Virus record (IMG/VR): IMGVR_UViG_3300049595_005065
Direction: 5' to 3' (one strand)
From: a virus
Taxonomy: Duplodnaviria > Caudoviricetes
Length of the DNA stretch: 64,000 nt
Below, in pieces: positions 8,878 through 17,399 of the stretch. The notes under the pieces were generated by a model. That model did not search any database. It had not been told where the DNA came from and saw nothing but the letters and a program-made list of their open reading frames with translations. How positions within the stretch are numbered: the stretch's first letter is position 1; each line of letters opens with the position of its first letter. The position numbers and the translations under genes were made by a program.

Positions 8878-10176
8878 ATGGCACGGATGCAGCGATCGCT
8901 TTTTGCGCAGCTCAACGCACTGGCTGAAGAGATTTCACATAACTCTGTGAAGTCCGCCGCCGAGAAGAAGGCGGAGGGCGGCCCCACCCCGGCTGACCCC
9001 GGCACTTACATGGGTGCTTCCTCGCACCCCACCGCGCACGTTGACAACAACGTGCAGAAGGCAGAGACCGGCGCGCGCGCCTCGGAGTACGAGGCCGACA
9101 TCAAGAAGCAGCAGGGCGCTCTCGCGGTGGACAACACCCCCGAGATGTCTTACGAGGGCCGCCAAGACGAGGTCCAGCAGAACATCGGCACGAACGTCGC
9201 CGCGACTGGCGAAGACCCGGCCGCTGAAAAGGACTTCAAGGGCACGAAGGACGACCCGGGCACCTCGCATCCGGCTAAGGCTAACGACGGCGAGAAGTAC
9301 AGCTCGGTGACGTTCAAGCAGGCTCGCGACGCGGCTGCCGCTCTGGGCAATGACATTCTTGCGGCGCTGGTCAACGCCAGCACCGAGAAGGCGGCTGAGA
9401 TGCCCGCTTTTCTCAAGGACAAGAAGGAAGAGCCCAAGAGCGAGGCCAAAGGCGAGCTGAAGGGCGACCAGCACAAGCTGGATGTCGACAACGACGGCAA
9501 GATTGAGGGCTCTGACCTCAAGGCTCTCCGCGAAGGCAAGGAGGCAGCGTTCAAGGCGGGCTACGAGCTGGCCAAGGAACTTGGCCTCTCGAAGGAAGCC
9601 GCTGAGGCTTCCGTCCGCGAAATCTGCGCCAACACGCTGCGCGAGGCCGATGAGATGGCGGACCTGTTTGTCGGTTTCGTGAGTCAGAAGACCGCCGCCG
9701 CCGATCCGGCTGAAGAGGCCGCCGAGGGCGAGGATCACTCGGCTCCCGGCGACGACGAGTCGGGCGCAAGCCCGGCGGGTGACGCGGCTGGCGCCCCGGC
9801 CGGTCTCGAGGGCATGATGGGCGGCGCGCCCCCGGCCCCGGAAATGGGCGGCGACATGGGTGGCGCTGGCGCTCCGTCGGAAGACGAGGCCGTCCAGGAG
9901 CTGGCCATGGCGCTCGAAGAGCTCGGCATTCCGCCCGAGGCGCTGCTTCAGGCGGTTCAGGGTGGTGCGGGCGCGGCCCCGGCTGGCGCTGGCCCTGAGA
10001 TGCCGCCGGAGATGGCTCCCAAGATGGCTGCCGCAAAGGACTTGAACGCCATTGGCTCCGCCGTGGTCAACTTCAAGCGCGCTGGCAAGTTTCAGGTCAA
10101 GGAAGCCCGCACCAAGCGGTCGCGTCAGCTGCGCGACATCATGAAGCAGCACGTCCTGGAACTCGTCAACCGGTAA
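8878..10176 (+). CDS. scaffold/prohead-core-like protein with an EF-hand-like DxDxDG loop
   Basis: Acidic, Ala/Gly/Pro-rich low complexity, located between protease and capsid; QHKLDVDNDGKIEGSDLKALR; SD AAAGGAG. Confidence 0.6.
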   Translation: MARMQRSLFAQLNALAEEISHNSVKSAAEKKAEGGPTPADPGTYMGASSHPTAHVDNNVQKAETGARASEYEADIKKQQGALAVDNTPEMSYEGRQDEVQQNIGTNVAATGEDPAAEKDFKGTKDDPGTSHPAKANDGEKYSSVTFKQARDAAAALGNDILAALVNASTEKAAEMPAFLKDKKEEPKSEAKGELKGDQHKLDVDNDGKIEGSDLKALREGKEAAFKAGYELAKELGLSKEAAEASVREICANTLREADEMADLFVGFVSQKTAAADPAEEAAEGEDHSAPGDDESGASPAGDAAGAPAGLEGMMGGAPPAPEMGGDMGGAGAPSEDEAVQELAMALEELGIPPEALLQAVQGGAGAAPAGAGPEMPPEMAPKMAAAKDLNAIGSAVVNFKRAGKFQVKEARTKRSRQLRDIMKQHVLELVNR

Positions 10177-10197
10177 ATCACACGGAGGTTTGAAATC

Positions 10198-10629
10198 ATG
10201 TCCAACTGCAGCAACCCGCTTGTCCAGAACATCGTCGACTACATCGGTTACTCCGATGCGGCGATGACCAAGGCCGCGGCGGTTATCCAGGAGCGGGAGG
10301 AGCAGGTTGAGAAGCTTGCCCACCTGATCCCCGAAGCCGTCAAGGTCTGCCTCGAGAACGAGCGGATCGAGCCGCACCAGAAGGAGGCCCTTGCGAAGGC
10401 CCTCGAGAACCCGGTGCGCGCCATGGAACTCGTGATCAAGCTCGCGGCGCATCGCAACGCCGCCGAGATGTCACGCCTGGGCACGCCGGTCGGCGCTTCG
10501 ACGAAGACCGCCGGTTACGACCCGTCGAACAGCCTGACGAGCGGGTATGTGGGCGCTCGTGATGGCAAGCTCAAGGCCTCGGACATCAAGCTGTTCCAGG
10601 GTCTTGGTCTGAACCCGCCCACTGCCTGA
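10198..10629 (+). CDS. small head-module protein
   Basis: 143-aa ORF with GGAGG SD at 10184-10188. Confidence 0.75.
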   Translation: MSNCSNPLVQNIVDYIGYSDAAMTKAAAVIQEREEQVEKLAHLIPEAVKVCLENERIEPHQKEALAKALENPVRAMELVIKLAAHRNAAEMSRLGTPVGASTKTAGYDPSNSLTSGYVGARDGKLKASDIKLFQGLGLNPPTA

Positions 10630-10631
10630 TT

Positions 10632-10674
10632 TCACACGGATCTGTGATTCCTACGAAAAAGACATGGAGGTCTT
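10632..10674 (+). promoter_or_regulatory. tandem CsrA-type hairpins upstream of the 10678 gene (TCACA-CGGATC-TGTGA and AAGAC-ATGGAG-GTCTT)
   Basis: Two 5-bp stems with GGA in the loop; the second carries the SD. Confidence 0.65.
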
Positions 10675-10677
10675 AAC

Positions 10678-11262
10678 ATGGCAACTGCTCCCAATCTGAT
10701 CACCGAGAAGGGGCTTGACGTCAAGAAGGGCTGGTTCCAGATGGCCGCCCTCGACTACGACGCCAAGCTTTCTTCGGCCGTAACTTTTACTGTCCCGCGC
10801 GGTCGCGTGGTGCATGTCGATTCCGCTGGCGACTTCCGTCCTGGTGCTCACAACACCGGTGTTGCGATCTTCCTGCTTAACGGCAGCGGAGAGGCCGACG
10901 TAAGCAACCCTGGCTGGGGTCAGGGTCAGGGCGCTGGCGGCGCGAACGCCACCCAGTCTGCGGCCAACTTCATGCACATTGCCATCGCCCCGACCGGCAA
11001 GATGTCCGGCCTCGTGGCGACGGGTGGATACGAGATTGCGTCGACCGAATTCGACTCGTCTCGCAGCTACGCTCCTGGTGATCTTCTTACCGCGACGGCG
11101 TCGAATTCGAACGCCACGACCGGTGGTCGGATCACGAACGAGTCGGTCGAGCAGTTTGTGACGCCGGTGGTCGGTGTCGTGTCGTCCGGTAAGGCCAAGA
11201 ACCACAACGGGGCCTACGCGCTGTCCTTCTGGACGGTGTGGCTCCCGGGCGAGGCCGCCTGA
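10678..11262 (+). CDS. probable head decoration/capsid cement protein
   Basis: 194-aa beta-rich ORF directly before the major capsid gene, the usual position of lambda gpD-like decoration proteins. Confidence 0.55.
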   Translation: MATAPNLITEKGLDVKKGWFQMAALDYDAKLSSAVTFTVPRGRVVHVDSAGDFRPGAHNTGVAIFLLNGSGEADVSNPGWGQGQGAGGANATQSAANFMHIAIAPTGKMSGLVATGGYEIASTEFDSSRSYAPGDLLTATASNSNATTGGRITNESVEQFVTPVVGVVSSGKAKNHNGAYALSFWTVWLPGEAA

Positions 11263-11282
11263 GTCCATCCCTAGTTACACCC

Positions 11283-11298
11283 GGAACATGGAGGTTCC
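11283..11298 (+). promoter_or_regulatory. CsrA-type hairpin on the SD of the major capsid gene (GGAAC-ATGGAG-GTTCC)
   Basis: Perfect 5-bp stem with ANGGAN hexaloop; exact (A/U)CANGGANG(U/A) match at 11286-11295; ATG at 11303. Confidence 0.7.
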
Positions 11299-11302
11299 TT
11301 AA

Positions 11303-12229
11303 ATGCCCACTCAGCAAGAAATCCAGCTGCTCAACGAGACCCTTTTCGAGCAGCTTGACACTCCCGGCATGCAGAAGCAGGCCGTGGACGCGGTTAACGA
11401 CTTCACGCGCACCAAGATGCGTGAAGACGGGTTCTACCGGCGGATTATGCCGCCGCTCACCATCACCAATGACGAGCTCGACCGCCAGGTCGATACCGAC
11501 AAGCCGGTGAAGGTGGTCGACAAGGAACCCGATTCCCCGGCGGCTGTGTCGCTCCCGTTCGCGACGCTCCCGATCAACTTCTACATCCGTGGCCCGCGCT
11601 ACCGCGTCATGTTTGACCGGATCGTGTCGCCCCGCGCTGTGAAGGACGTCGACGAGCTGCGCACCTACGTGATCGACATCCGTCAGGTCCTTTCCGACAA
11701 CATGATCAAGGACATGCTGGCGGAAGAGGATTCCAAGTTCATCGCCGCGTTCAACGCTGTCCTCCCGACCCCGGGCGTGGAGAACGTTGCGTCGGGCGCT
11801 GTCCAGTACGAGGAGATCCACGGCGGCATCACGCGTGAGACGATCGTCGACGCGCTGAAGGTCATGCCGCGGACGCCCTCGCACTTCGAGGTCGAGACCT
11901 GCCTGGTGAACAACATCACCATCAAGGAGCTGCTGAAGTTCGGCCGCGACGAGATGGGTGGTGATTTCTCCCAGGACATCATCAAGAACGGTTGGGCGGA
12001 GACCAACTTCCTCAACTGCCGCTGGATCGTGACGATCAAGCGCGACCTCGTGCCGGACGACTCGATGTTCATGTTCGCGTCGCCCAAGTTCATTGGCAAG
12101 AATTACGAGCTCGAGCCGACCACGATGTACATTCGTCGCGAGGCTTACATGCTCGAGTACTTCGCCTACAACACGCAGGGCGGTTCGTTCGGTCACACGA
12201 ACGGTCTGGCTCGCGTCGATTTCAAGTGA
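11303..12229 (+). CDS. major capsid protein (HK97-type fold)
   Basis: 308 aa, very strong codon bias, follows protease/scaffold/decoration genes; FYRRIMPP...RYRVMFDRIVSP...KDVDELRTY.ID...DNMIKDMLAEEDSKF pattern; strong hairpin downstream. Confidence 0.8.
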   Translation: MPTQQEIQLLNETLFEQLDTPGMQKQAVDAVNDFTRTKMREDGFYRRIMPPLTITNDELDRQVDTDKPVKVVDKEPDSPAAVSLPFATLPINFYIRGPRYRVMFDRIVSPRAVKDVDELRTYVIDIRQVLSDNMIKDMLAEEDSKFIAAFNAVLPTPGVENVASGAVQYEEIHGGITRETIVDALKVMPRTPSHFEVETCLVNNITIKELLKFGRDEMGGDFSQDIIKNGWAETNFLNCRWIVTIKRDLVPDDSMFMFASPKFIGKNYELEPTTMYIRREAYMLEYFAYNTQGGSFGHTNGLARVDFK

Positions 12230-12240
12230 TGCCGTGAAAT

Positions 12241-12278
12241 TCGGGAGGGTGGGCGCCTCAAAACGCCCACCCTCCTGA
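12241..12278 (+). terminator. strong hairpin after the capsid gene (terminator or mRNA-stabilising stem)
   Basis: GGAGGGTGGGCG (12244-12255) / CGCCCACCCTCC (12264-12275) perfect 12-bp stem, extendable to 15 bp; no U-tract. Confidence 0.5.
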
Positions 12279-12299
12279 CCCATCCCAAGGAGAGCACAA

Positions 12300-12692
12300 A
12301 TGGATCAGGTTAAGGTTGCGGCCCAGCAGGCGTACGAGACGATCGTGTCGGAACTTGCCGCGCCGTATTTTTTCGAGAAGCTCGCTGCCCACGGCATCCA
12401 GCCGCGGTCCGAGAAGGAAGCCGCCGACATGTGGGCCGCTGCAACGAAGCTCCACGTGCTCTACACGGCTGAACAGGAAAAGGCCGCTGCGGCTAGCGCC
12501 ACGAACCTGGAGGCCATCAACGGCCGCCTGGACGAGATGCTCGCTGCCGCTGGTATTGGCACTGCTCCCGTGGCCGAGAAGTCGGCTGCGTTCAAGCAGG
12601 CCGCGGATGTCGCTGCCGAGCAGCCCGAGATCGCCAAGGCCGTTCTGACGCTTCAGGCCGCTGCGGCCGCGGCGATGCAGAACGCCGAGTGA
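12300..12692 (+). CDS. small Ala-rich head-module protein (K-x-A-A-rich)
   Basis: 130-aa ORF, AAGGAG SD. Confidence 0.75.
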   Translation: MDQVKVAAQQAYETIVSELAAPYFFEKLAAHGIQPRSEKEAADMWAAATKLHVLYTAEQEKAAAASATNLEAINGRLDEMLAAAGIGTAPVAEKSAAFKQAADVAAEQPEIAKAVLTLQAAAAAAMQNAE

Positions 12693-12710
12693 ACAGAAAG
12701 AGAGTGAACC

Positions 12711-13076
12711 ATGCCCTATACCCCTGTGACCGCTGGTCTTTATACGACGGTTGAGAACACCTCCGGCGCTGACAAGGTGTTCGGTTTTCTCGGCACGCAC
12801 GGCAAGCGCCTCGAGGCCAACGAGACCTACACGGTCCCTGGCGATCTCGTGAGCAAGCTCGGCGCGCTGCGAAGCCAGCGCAAGTTCAAGGCGCTTGAGA
12901 CGGCGCTGCAGGCGGGCGATCTGAAGATCGTCAGCTCGCCAGCCGTCTACCTCTACGACGCCACGGACGAAGTGACCCGCGAGCTGTCGCTCGACAACGC
13001 CGTGCTCGGCACGGTCGATCCCCAGTGGGATCCGACCGGCACCGGCACGAGCGACTTTGTCGACAACGACGGCTGA
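12711..13076 (+). CDS. small virion-associated hypothetical protein
   Basis: 121-aa ORF with typical codon bias. Confidence 0.7.
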   Translation: MPYTPVTAGLYTTVENTSGADKVFGFLGTHGKRLEANETYTVPGDLVSKLGALRSQRKFKALETALQAGDLKIVSSPAVYLYDATDEVTRELSLDNAVLGTVDPQWDPTGTGTSDFVDNDG

Positions 13077-13105
13077 GCCTGCGTTCAACCGATCGCTGAG
13101 TTCAA

Positions 13106-13141
13106 GAGGAAGGCTGGCTGCGTGAGCGGCCAGCCTTCTTC
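13106..13141 (+). terminator. intrinsic terminator-like hairpin with GNRA loop
   Basis: GAAGGCTGGCTGC-GTGA-GCGGCCAGCCTTC followed by a short pyrimidine tail. Confidence 0.65.
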
Positions 13142-13158
13142 GCTAGGGGGCCACGCTG

Positions 13159-13266
13159 ATGCGCAAAGTCTTAACCGTCCTGACCGCCGTCGCCTGCGTT
13201 CTGTGGCCTGAAGCCGCGGTAGCGGCCGCGTTTACGGTCTGGGTCGTCCGCTGCTGCACGGAGTAA
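13159..13266 (+). CDS. putative 35-aa hydrophobic peptide (MRKVLTVLTAVACVLWPEAAVAAAFTVWVVRCCTE)
   Basis: Fills the gap between the terminator and the 13270 gene; GGGGG upstream; basic N-terminus then hydrophobic core; below the ORF-track cutoff. Confidence 0.35.
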   Translation: MRKVLTVLTAVACVLWPEAAVAAAFTVWVVRCCTE

Positions 13267-13269
13267 ACC

Positions 13270-14286
13270 ATGGTCGTTATTGCCACGCCGAGCCCGTACC
13301 CGCAGGTGCCATATCCGGAGCCCCAGGTCTCAAACGGCCAGCTCAATCCGGTCCCCTGCGCCACCCAGAACGTCATTAGCGCCCCGATCTCCAAGGTCAA
13401 CGGCGTGCCAGTTTATGGCCGGATGCGCGCCGTGGCGCTGACCCAGGGTCAATGCGGCGCCATCGACTGGCAGCTGCACGACCAGGATGGCCACCCGGTC
13501 AACCTGGAGCCCTGCGGCCTCACGGACGGCTCCCAGAGCGTGCCTGCCGCCGATTTCAAGATCGTCCTGCGCCTGAAGGAGCAGCTCGCCCTGGGTAATG
13601 CCAAGCGGCCCCTGGAAGTCGAGGCGGCCGTCGTGGACGCTTCCGAAGGCCGCGTGCGGGCCGAGCTGGCCCAGGGCATGACCGACCTGCCGGGCGTCTA
13701 CTACGGCGAGATGGCCATGGTCAGCACCCAGGCCGAGGCGGCCGGGCAGCCCTGCGTTATCTTCTCGAACACCTTCTCCGTGGTGATTGCCCGGAGCACA
13801 TTCGGCCCCCAGGGCGAGCAGGGCGGCCCGCCGTCGATCGCCGAGATCCGCCTTCACCTCCGCGACAGCGCGCCAGGGGAGAGCTTCCTGCTCGACAACC
13901 TGATGTTCGACGACGCCGAGATCGCCCTGGCCATCGCCCGCCCCGTGATGTACTGGAACGAGATACCGCCGCCCCTGAATGACAACTACACGACCCAGAA
14001 CTTTCCCTTCCGCTACCACTGGCTCGAAGGGATCTGCGCCAACCTGTTCCTGATGGTCGCCGAGCAGTTTCGCCGCAACGACTTCCAGTACGCCGCCGCG
14101 GGCCTGCAGATCAACGACCAGAACAAGTCCCAGGCGTACGAGCAGGCCGGGCAGGCGCGCTGGCAGGCCTACCGTGAATGGGTCCGCGCCACCAAGGCCA
14201 CGATCAACCTTGAGAGCTGCTACGGCGAAGTGACGAGCACCTACAAGTACTCGGCTTACACCAGCGGCGCTCGGATGCGCTACTAA
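13270..14286 (+). CDS. probable head-tail connector/neck adaptor protein
   Basis: IAEIRLHLRDSAP...LLDNLMFDDAEIALAI helical pattern typical of neck adaptors; position after the head genes. Confidence 0.5.
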   Translation: MVVIATPSPYPQVPYPEPQVSNGQLNPVPCATQNVISAPISKVNGVPVYGRMRAVALTQGQCGAIDWQLHDQDGHPVNLEPCGLTDGSQSVPAADFKIVLRLKEQLALGNAKRPLEVEAAVVDASEGRVRAELAQGMTDLPGVYYGEMAMVSTQAEAAGQPCVIFSNTFSVVIARSTFGPQGEQGGPPSIAEIRLHLRDSAPGESFLLDNLMFDDAEIALAIARPVMYWNEIPPPLNDNYTTQNFPFRYHWLEGICANLFLMVAEQFRRNDFQYAAAGLQINDQNKSQAYEQAGQARWQAYREWVRATKATINLESCYGEVTSTYKYSAYTSGARMRY

Positions 14287-14471
14287 AAACGCGCCAAAAC
14301 GCAGGCATATTTAGTGCCCATGGTTTTGCTGCCGGGGCGCATTCCCCCGAGCTAAACGGCGCGGTAGTATCACGCCTATCTGTGAAAAGGGGGAATAGAT
14401 ATCTTTGGGCGCCCGACATTCGGGTTGCCTGCGCGCTGGGCGCCACCCAGTCACCTGTGAAGGAGCCGACC

Positions 14472-14756
14472 ATGCCCATGGCAGTGGTCAACAAAGAAAC
14501 ACGGCTGGCGCTGAAGGCCATCCGCGAGATCGACGAGCGGACCCACGGGCAGCTCGTCGAGAAGGCCCGCAAGCGCAGCCAGGAGGACAGCGCGGAGACT
14601 ATGGGTGAGGCCCTGGCAAATGCCATCAAGATTGCCTACGCCCCGTTCGTCATGTTTGCGCCGCCGCCGACCGTGGCGCTGCTGAACAAGTTCATGGCGA
14701 AGGTCGATTGGGAGTATATCGTGGAACGCCTGCTCATTAACCCGGAGCTGAACTGA
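14472..14756 (+). CDS. small helical hypothetical protein (VDW motif)
   Basis: AGGAG SD then ATG 14472; C-terminal KVDWEYIVERL. Confidence 0.65.
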   Translation: MPMAVVNKETRLALKAIREIDERTHGQLVEKARKRSQEDSAETMGEALANAIKIAYAPFVMFAPPPTVALLNKFMAKVDWEYIVERLLINPELN

Positions 14757-15043
14757 TGAGCCAGACCACCGAGTTGAATGAGATGAGCACCGTCATCCTG
14801 GACTGGATCCGGCAAATGGACTCGGAACCCGGCCCAACGCTTCGCGAGGTCACTGAGGAGAACGGCTACGACGGAAACGTCCAGCCGATTGGCGAGGCGA
14901 TCCGCATGGCGTTCATGAGCATGAACAGCCTGTTCCTGCCAATCGCGCCGAACTTCCTCAAGATGGTGTTCGAGGATTGCGTGAAGCAGATCGACTGGGT
15001 CGGTATTGCCCGCCAGCGGATGGCCGAGACCGAGGACGAATGA
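14756..15043 (+). CDS. small helical hypothetical protein (IDW motif), likely paralog of the previous gene
   Basis: TGATG coupling; C-terminal KQIDWVGIARQR. Confidence 0.65.
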   Translation: MSQTTELNEMSTVILDWIRQMDSEPGPTLREVTEENGYDGNVQPIGEAIRMAFMSMNSLFLPIAPNFLKMVFEDCVKQIDWVGIARQRMAETEDE

Positions 15044-15050
15044 ACTCCAG

Positions 15051-15097
15051 AAAAGCGCCCGCGCACTGCCCTTCGGGGCGGTCGCGGCGTTTTTCTT
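15051..15097 (+). terminator. intrinsic terminator with cUUCGg tetraloop
   Basis: ACTGCCC-TTCG-GGGCGGT core, extended stem, followed by TTTTTCTT. Confidence 0.85.
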
Positions 15098-15129
15098 AGC
15101 TATCAGCGCTCGCCAGTTACAATAACGCT

Positions 15130-16437
15130 ATGTCGAGCTTCAAACGCCTATTTCCGTTCCGCCAGGTGGCCGTGGATCACATGGTCCGCGGCGTCACCCG
15201 GGTCTGGTGGCAGCTGGAGCGCAACTTTAACGACCCTGGCCCGTACGTCTTTCAGCTCCAGTACGGCAATACGCCGCTGAACGACGCGGCCGACTGGCGC
15301 AACGTCGGCAGCCCGGTCACCGACGGCTACGTGGCCTACGACGACGTCTGGCGCGCCGCTGGCACAGACATCGTCACCCATTACCGGGTGACCCTGACCA
15401 CGCCCAAAGATATCTATGTCAGCGCCCCGGTGAACTGCTTCGGCGAGCTGGCCGAGCGCGACTGGAACATCGCCCGGGAGATCATCCGCAAGGAACAGCT
15501 CCGCCACAAGTACGTCTCGGTCTCGGGCTACCTGATCAAGCCGTTCCGCTTCGGGCGGCCCTGCGCCCGCTGTCGCGACCAGCTCACCGGAGAAGTGCTG
15601 GACAGCAACTGCCCGGTCTGCTCGGGAACGGGCTTCGAGGTTGGTTACCACCCGGCGCTGCCGCTGCAGTGCTGGGACGTCGAGCCGTACACGATCGAGG
15701 AAGACCAGAATCCCAACGCGTTAGGCACGACCCGCTCCAAGCACATGACCAAGGCGCGGGTGGTCGGCTTCCCCACGCTGAACACCAACGACATCTGGGT
15801 CAACGGAACCTCCGACGAGCGCTGGATCATCCACAGCATCAAGGTAGCCGCAGCCATCCGGGGCGTGCCGCTCGTCTACGAAGTCGAGATGGGCCTGGTG
15901 CCCCTGACCAACGCGATCTACGCCCTGGAAGTCGGCGGCGAGCCTCCGGAGCGCCCAGGGCCGACATTGCCGATCCTGGGCTGCGGCTCTGTGGTGGTCG
16001 ACCACAACTACGGCGGCGTGGACAACCTCGTCTACCGGGACGCGACGCATTACAGCATTGTCGGCGCCAACGTCTACGTGTTCCCCAAAGATATCTTTGA
16101 CGCCGCCTACCCGGATCTGCCTAACCGCAATCTGGCCGTCGCCGGGACCACAACCCGGGTGAACGGCCGCTGGACGGAGTCGCTGCGCCTTAACCCGGGC
16201 GACTACGCGCTGATTTTCGAAAAGCCCGGCGAATGGGGGCCGGACACCGACTTTATCACCGTGGTCCCCTCCGACGCCGAAAGCTCGTTTACCTGGGTGC
16301 CCGTGGTGACCCTGGCGGCCGAAACGAGCGACCCAATTCCCGAGGCCGACCTGGCGACCGAGTCGAGCGAGGCTGTTACCACTGAGACCGAGGATAAGGT
16401 ACGCGCGCCGTTGGGCGACGATTTCTGGAACTTCTAG
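15130..16437 (+). CDS. probable neck/head-closure protein with CxxC...CxxC zinc finger
   Basis: CARCRDQLTGEVLDSNCPVCSGTGF; located between the neck adaptor and tail completion genes. Confidence 0.5.
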   Translation: MSSFKRLFPFRQVAVDHMVRGVTRVWWQLERNFNDPGPYVFQLQYGNTPLNDAADWRNVGSPVTDGYVAYDDVWRAAGTDIVTHYRVTLTTPKDIYVSAPVNCFGELAERDWNIAREIIRKEQLRHKYVSVSGYLIKPFRFGRPCARCRDQLTGEVLDSNCPVCSGTGFEVGYHPALPLQCWDVEPYTIEEDQNPNALGTTRSKHMTKARVVGFPTLNTNDIWVNGTSDERWIIHSIKVAAAIRGVPLVYEVEMGLVPLTNAIYALEVGGEPPERPGPTLPILGCGSVVVDHNYGGVDNLVYRDATHYSIVGANVYVFPKDIFDAAYPDLPNRNLAVAGTTTRVNGRWTESLRLNPGDYALIFEKPGEWGPDTDFITVVPSDAESSFTWVPVVTLAAETSDPIPEADLATESSEAVTTETEDKVRAPLGDDFWNF

Positions 16438-16463
16438 CGCCGCGCGGCGAAACCAGGTATCGT

Positions 16464-16622
16464 ATGAATAACGCTAAAAAGCTGAAACTCGCGCCGCCCA
16501 AAATCAAGCTTTGGGGCGCGAAACTCCGCATGATGCCGGAGATTAAGCTGACCGGCGACAGCGCAGCAAAGGACGGCTTGCGTGACCGACTGCAACAACT
16601 CCCCAAATTCACCGGACGTTGA
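16464..16622 (+). CDS. putative 52-aa basic protein (MNNAKKLKLAPPKIKLWGAKLR...)
   Basis: Fills the 16437-16582 gap, Lys-rich, below the ORF-track cutoff; overlaps the next gene's start. Confidence 0.35.
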   Translation: MNNAKKLKLAPPKIKLWGAKLRMMPEIKLTGDSAAKDGLRDRLQQLPKFTGR

Positions 16623-17295
16623 GGCGCTGTACCCCGAGGGGAGCGCTCCGGAACCGCGCCTGGACAAGGTGAGCGCGCTCTGCTCGTACGGCATGCGGCC
16701 GCACGTAATGACGGGGCTTCTGCGGCAGCTGCTGCTGGCGCATTTCTCCGACCCCGACAACATCGAGGAGCCGCGGATTCGACGGCAACTCCAGGACATC
16801 GGAATGTGGCGCCCGAGCGATAACGGTTTGAACGCCGGGGGCATTTTGATAGAAAGTATTACGCGTTGGCAACCCGCCACCGCGGATAAACGTCCGGCCA
16901 TTTTGATCCGCCGCAACGCCTGGAATTGGCAAAAGCAAGCGATCGGCAATCGAAGCGGCACGGACGTTTACGAAGGCTCGGTCAGTTACGCTGGACTCTG
17001 GGAGGGTAGCCACACGCTCTTCTGCCTGTGTCCCAGCGGGGCAGAAACCGAGTTCTTGGCCACGGAAGTTGTCAAGTTTTTGCACCAATTCGCCCCCTGG
17101 ATTCGCCAGCAGATGAACCTGTTTCGGTTCGGTGTCAGCGAAGTTGGCGGGGTCAGCGAAGTTCAAGAAGCGCTACAGGGTTACGCCGTGCCTGTAACGA
17201 TTGCATATGTTGCCGAGGAAGCCTGGACGCTCCAGCCGTATGCGCCGCGCCTCAAGCGGATTGTCTTTAAGGCGACTGACCTGTTGTCGTATTAA
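16582..17295 (+). CDS. probable tail completion/terminator protein
   Basis: 237 aa immediately before the sheath gene; alpha/beta pattern (DKRPAILIRR, HTLFC, ETEFLATEV). Confidence 0.45.
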   Translation: MTDCNNSPNSPDVEALYPEGSAPEPRLDKVSALCSYGMRPHVMTGLLRQLLLAHFSDPDNIEEPRIRRQLQDIGMWRPSDNGLNAGGILIESITRWQPATADKRPAILIRRNAWNWQKQAIGNRSGTDVYEGSVSYAGLWEGSHTLFCLCPSGAETEFLATEVVKFLHQFAPWIRQQMNLFRFGVSEVGGVSEVQEALQGYAVPVTIAYVAEEAWTLQPYAPRLKRIVFKATDLLSY

Positions 17296-17330
17296 GGAAA
17301 TTCACACACCGTCGTGAGCGGTATTTTTTG

Positions 17331-17353
17331 TTGACGCAGGGGTTCGTTATACT
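17331..17353 (+). promoter_or_regulatory. possible promoter of the sheath operon (TTGACG ... TATACT, only 11-nt spacer)
   Basis: Near-consensus -35 and -10 hexamers in an AT-rich gap, but with non-canonical spacing. Confidence 0.3.
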
Positions 17354-17378
17354 GACCCCATCGCACCGTCCACGACAC

Positions 17379-17396
17379 TTAGGCATGGAGGCCTGA
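17379..17396 (+). promoter_or_regulatory. CsrA-type hairpin on the SD of the tail sheath gene (TTAGGC-ATGGAG-GCCTGA)
   Basis: 6-bp stem (one wobble), ANGGAN hexaloop, ATG at 17400. Confidence 0.65.
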
Positions 17397-17399
17397 CGC

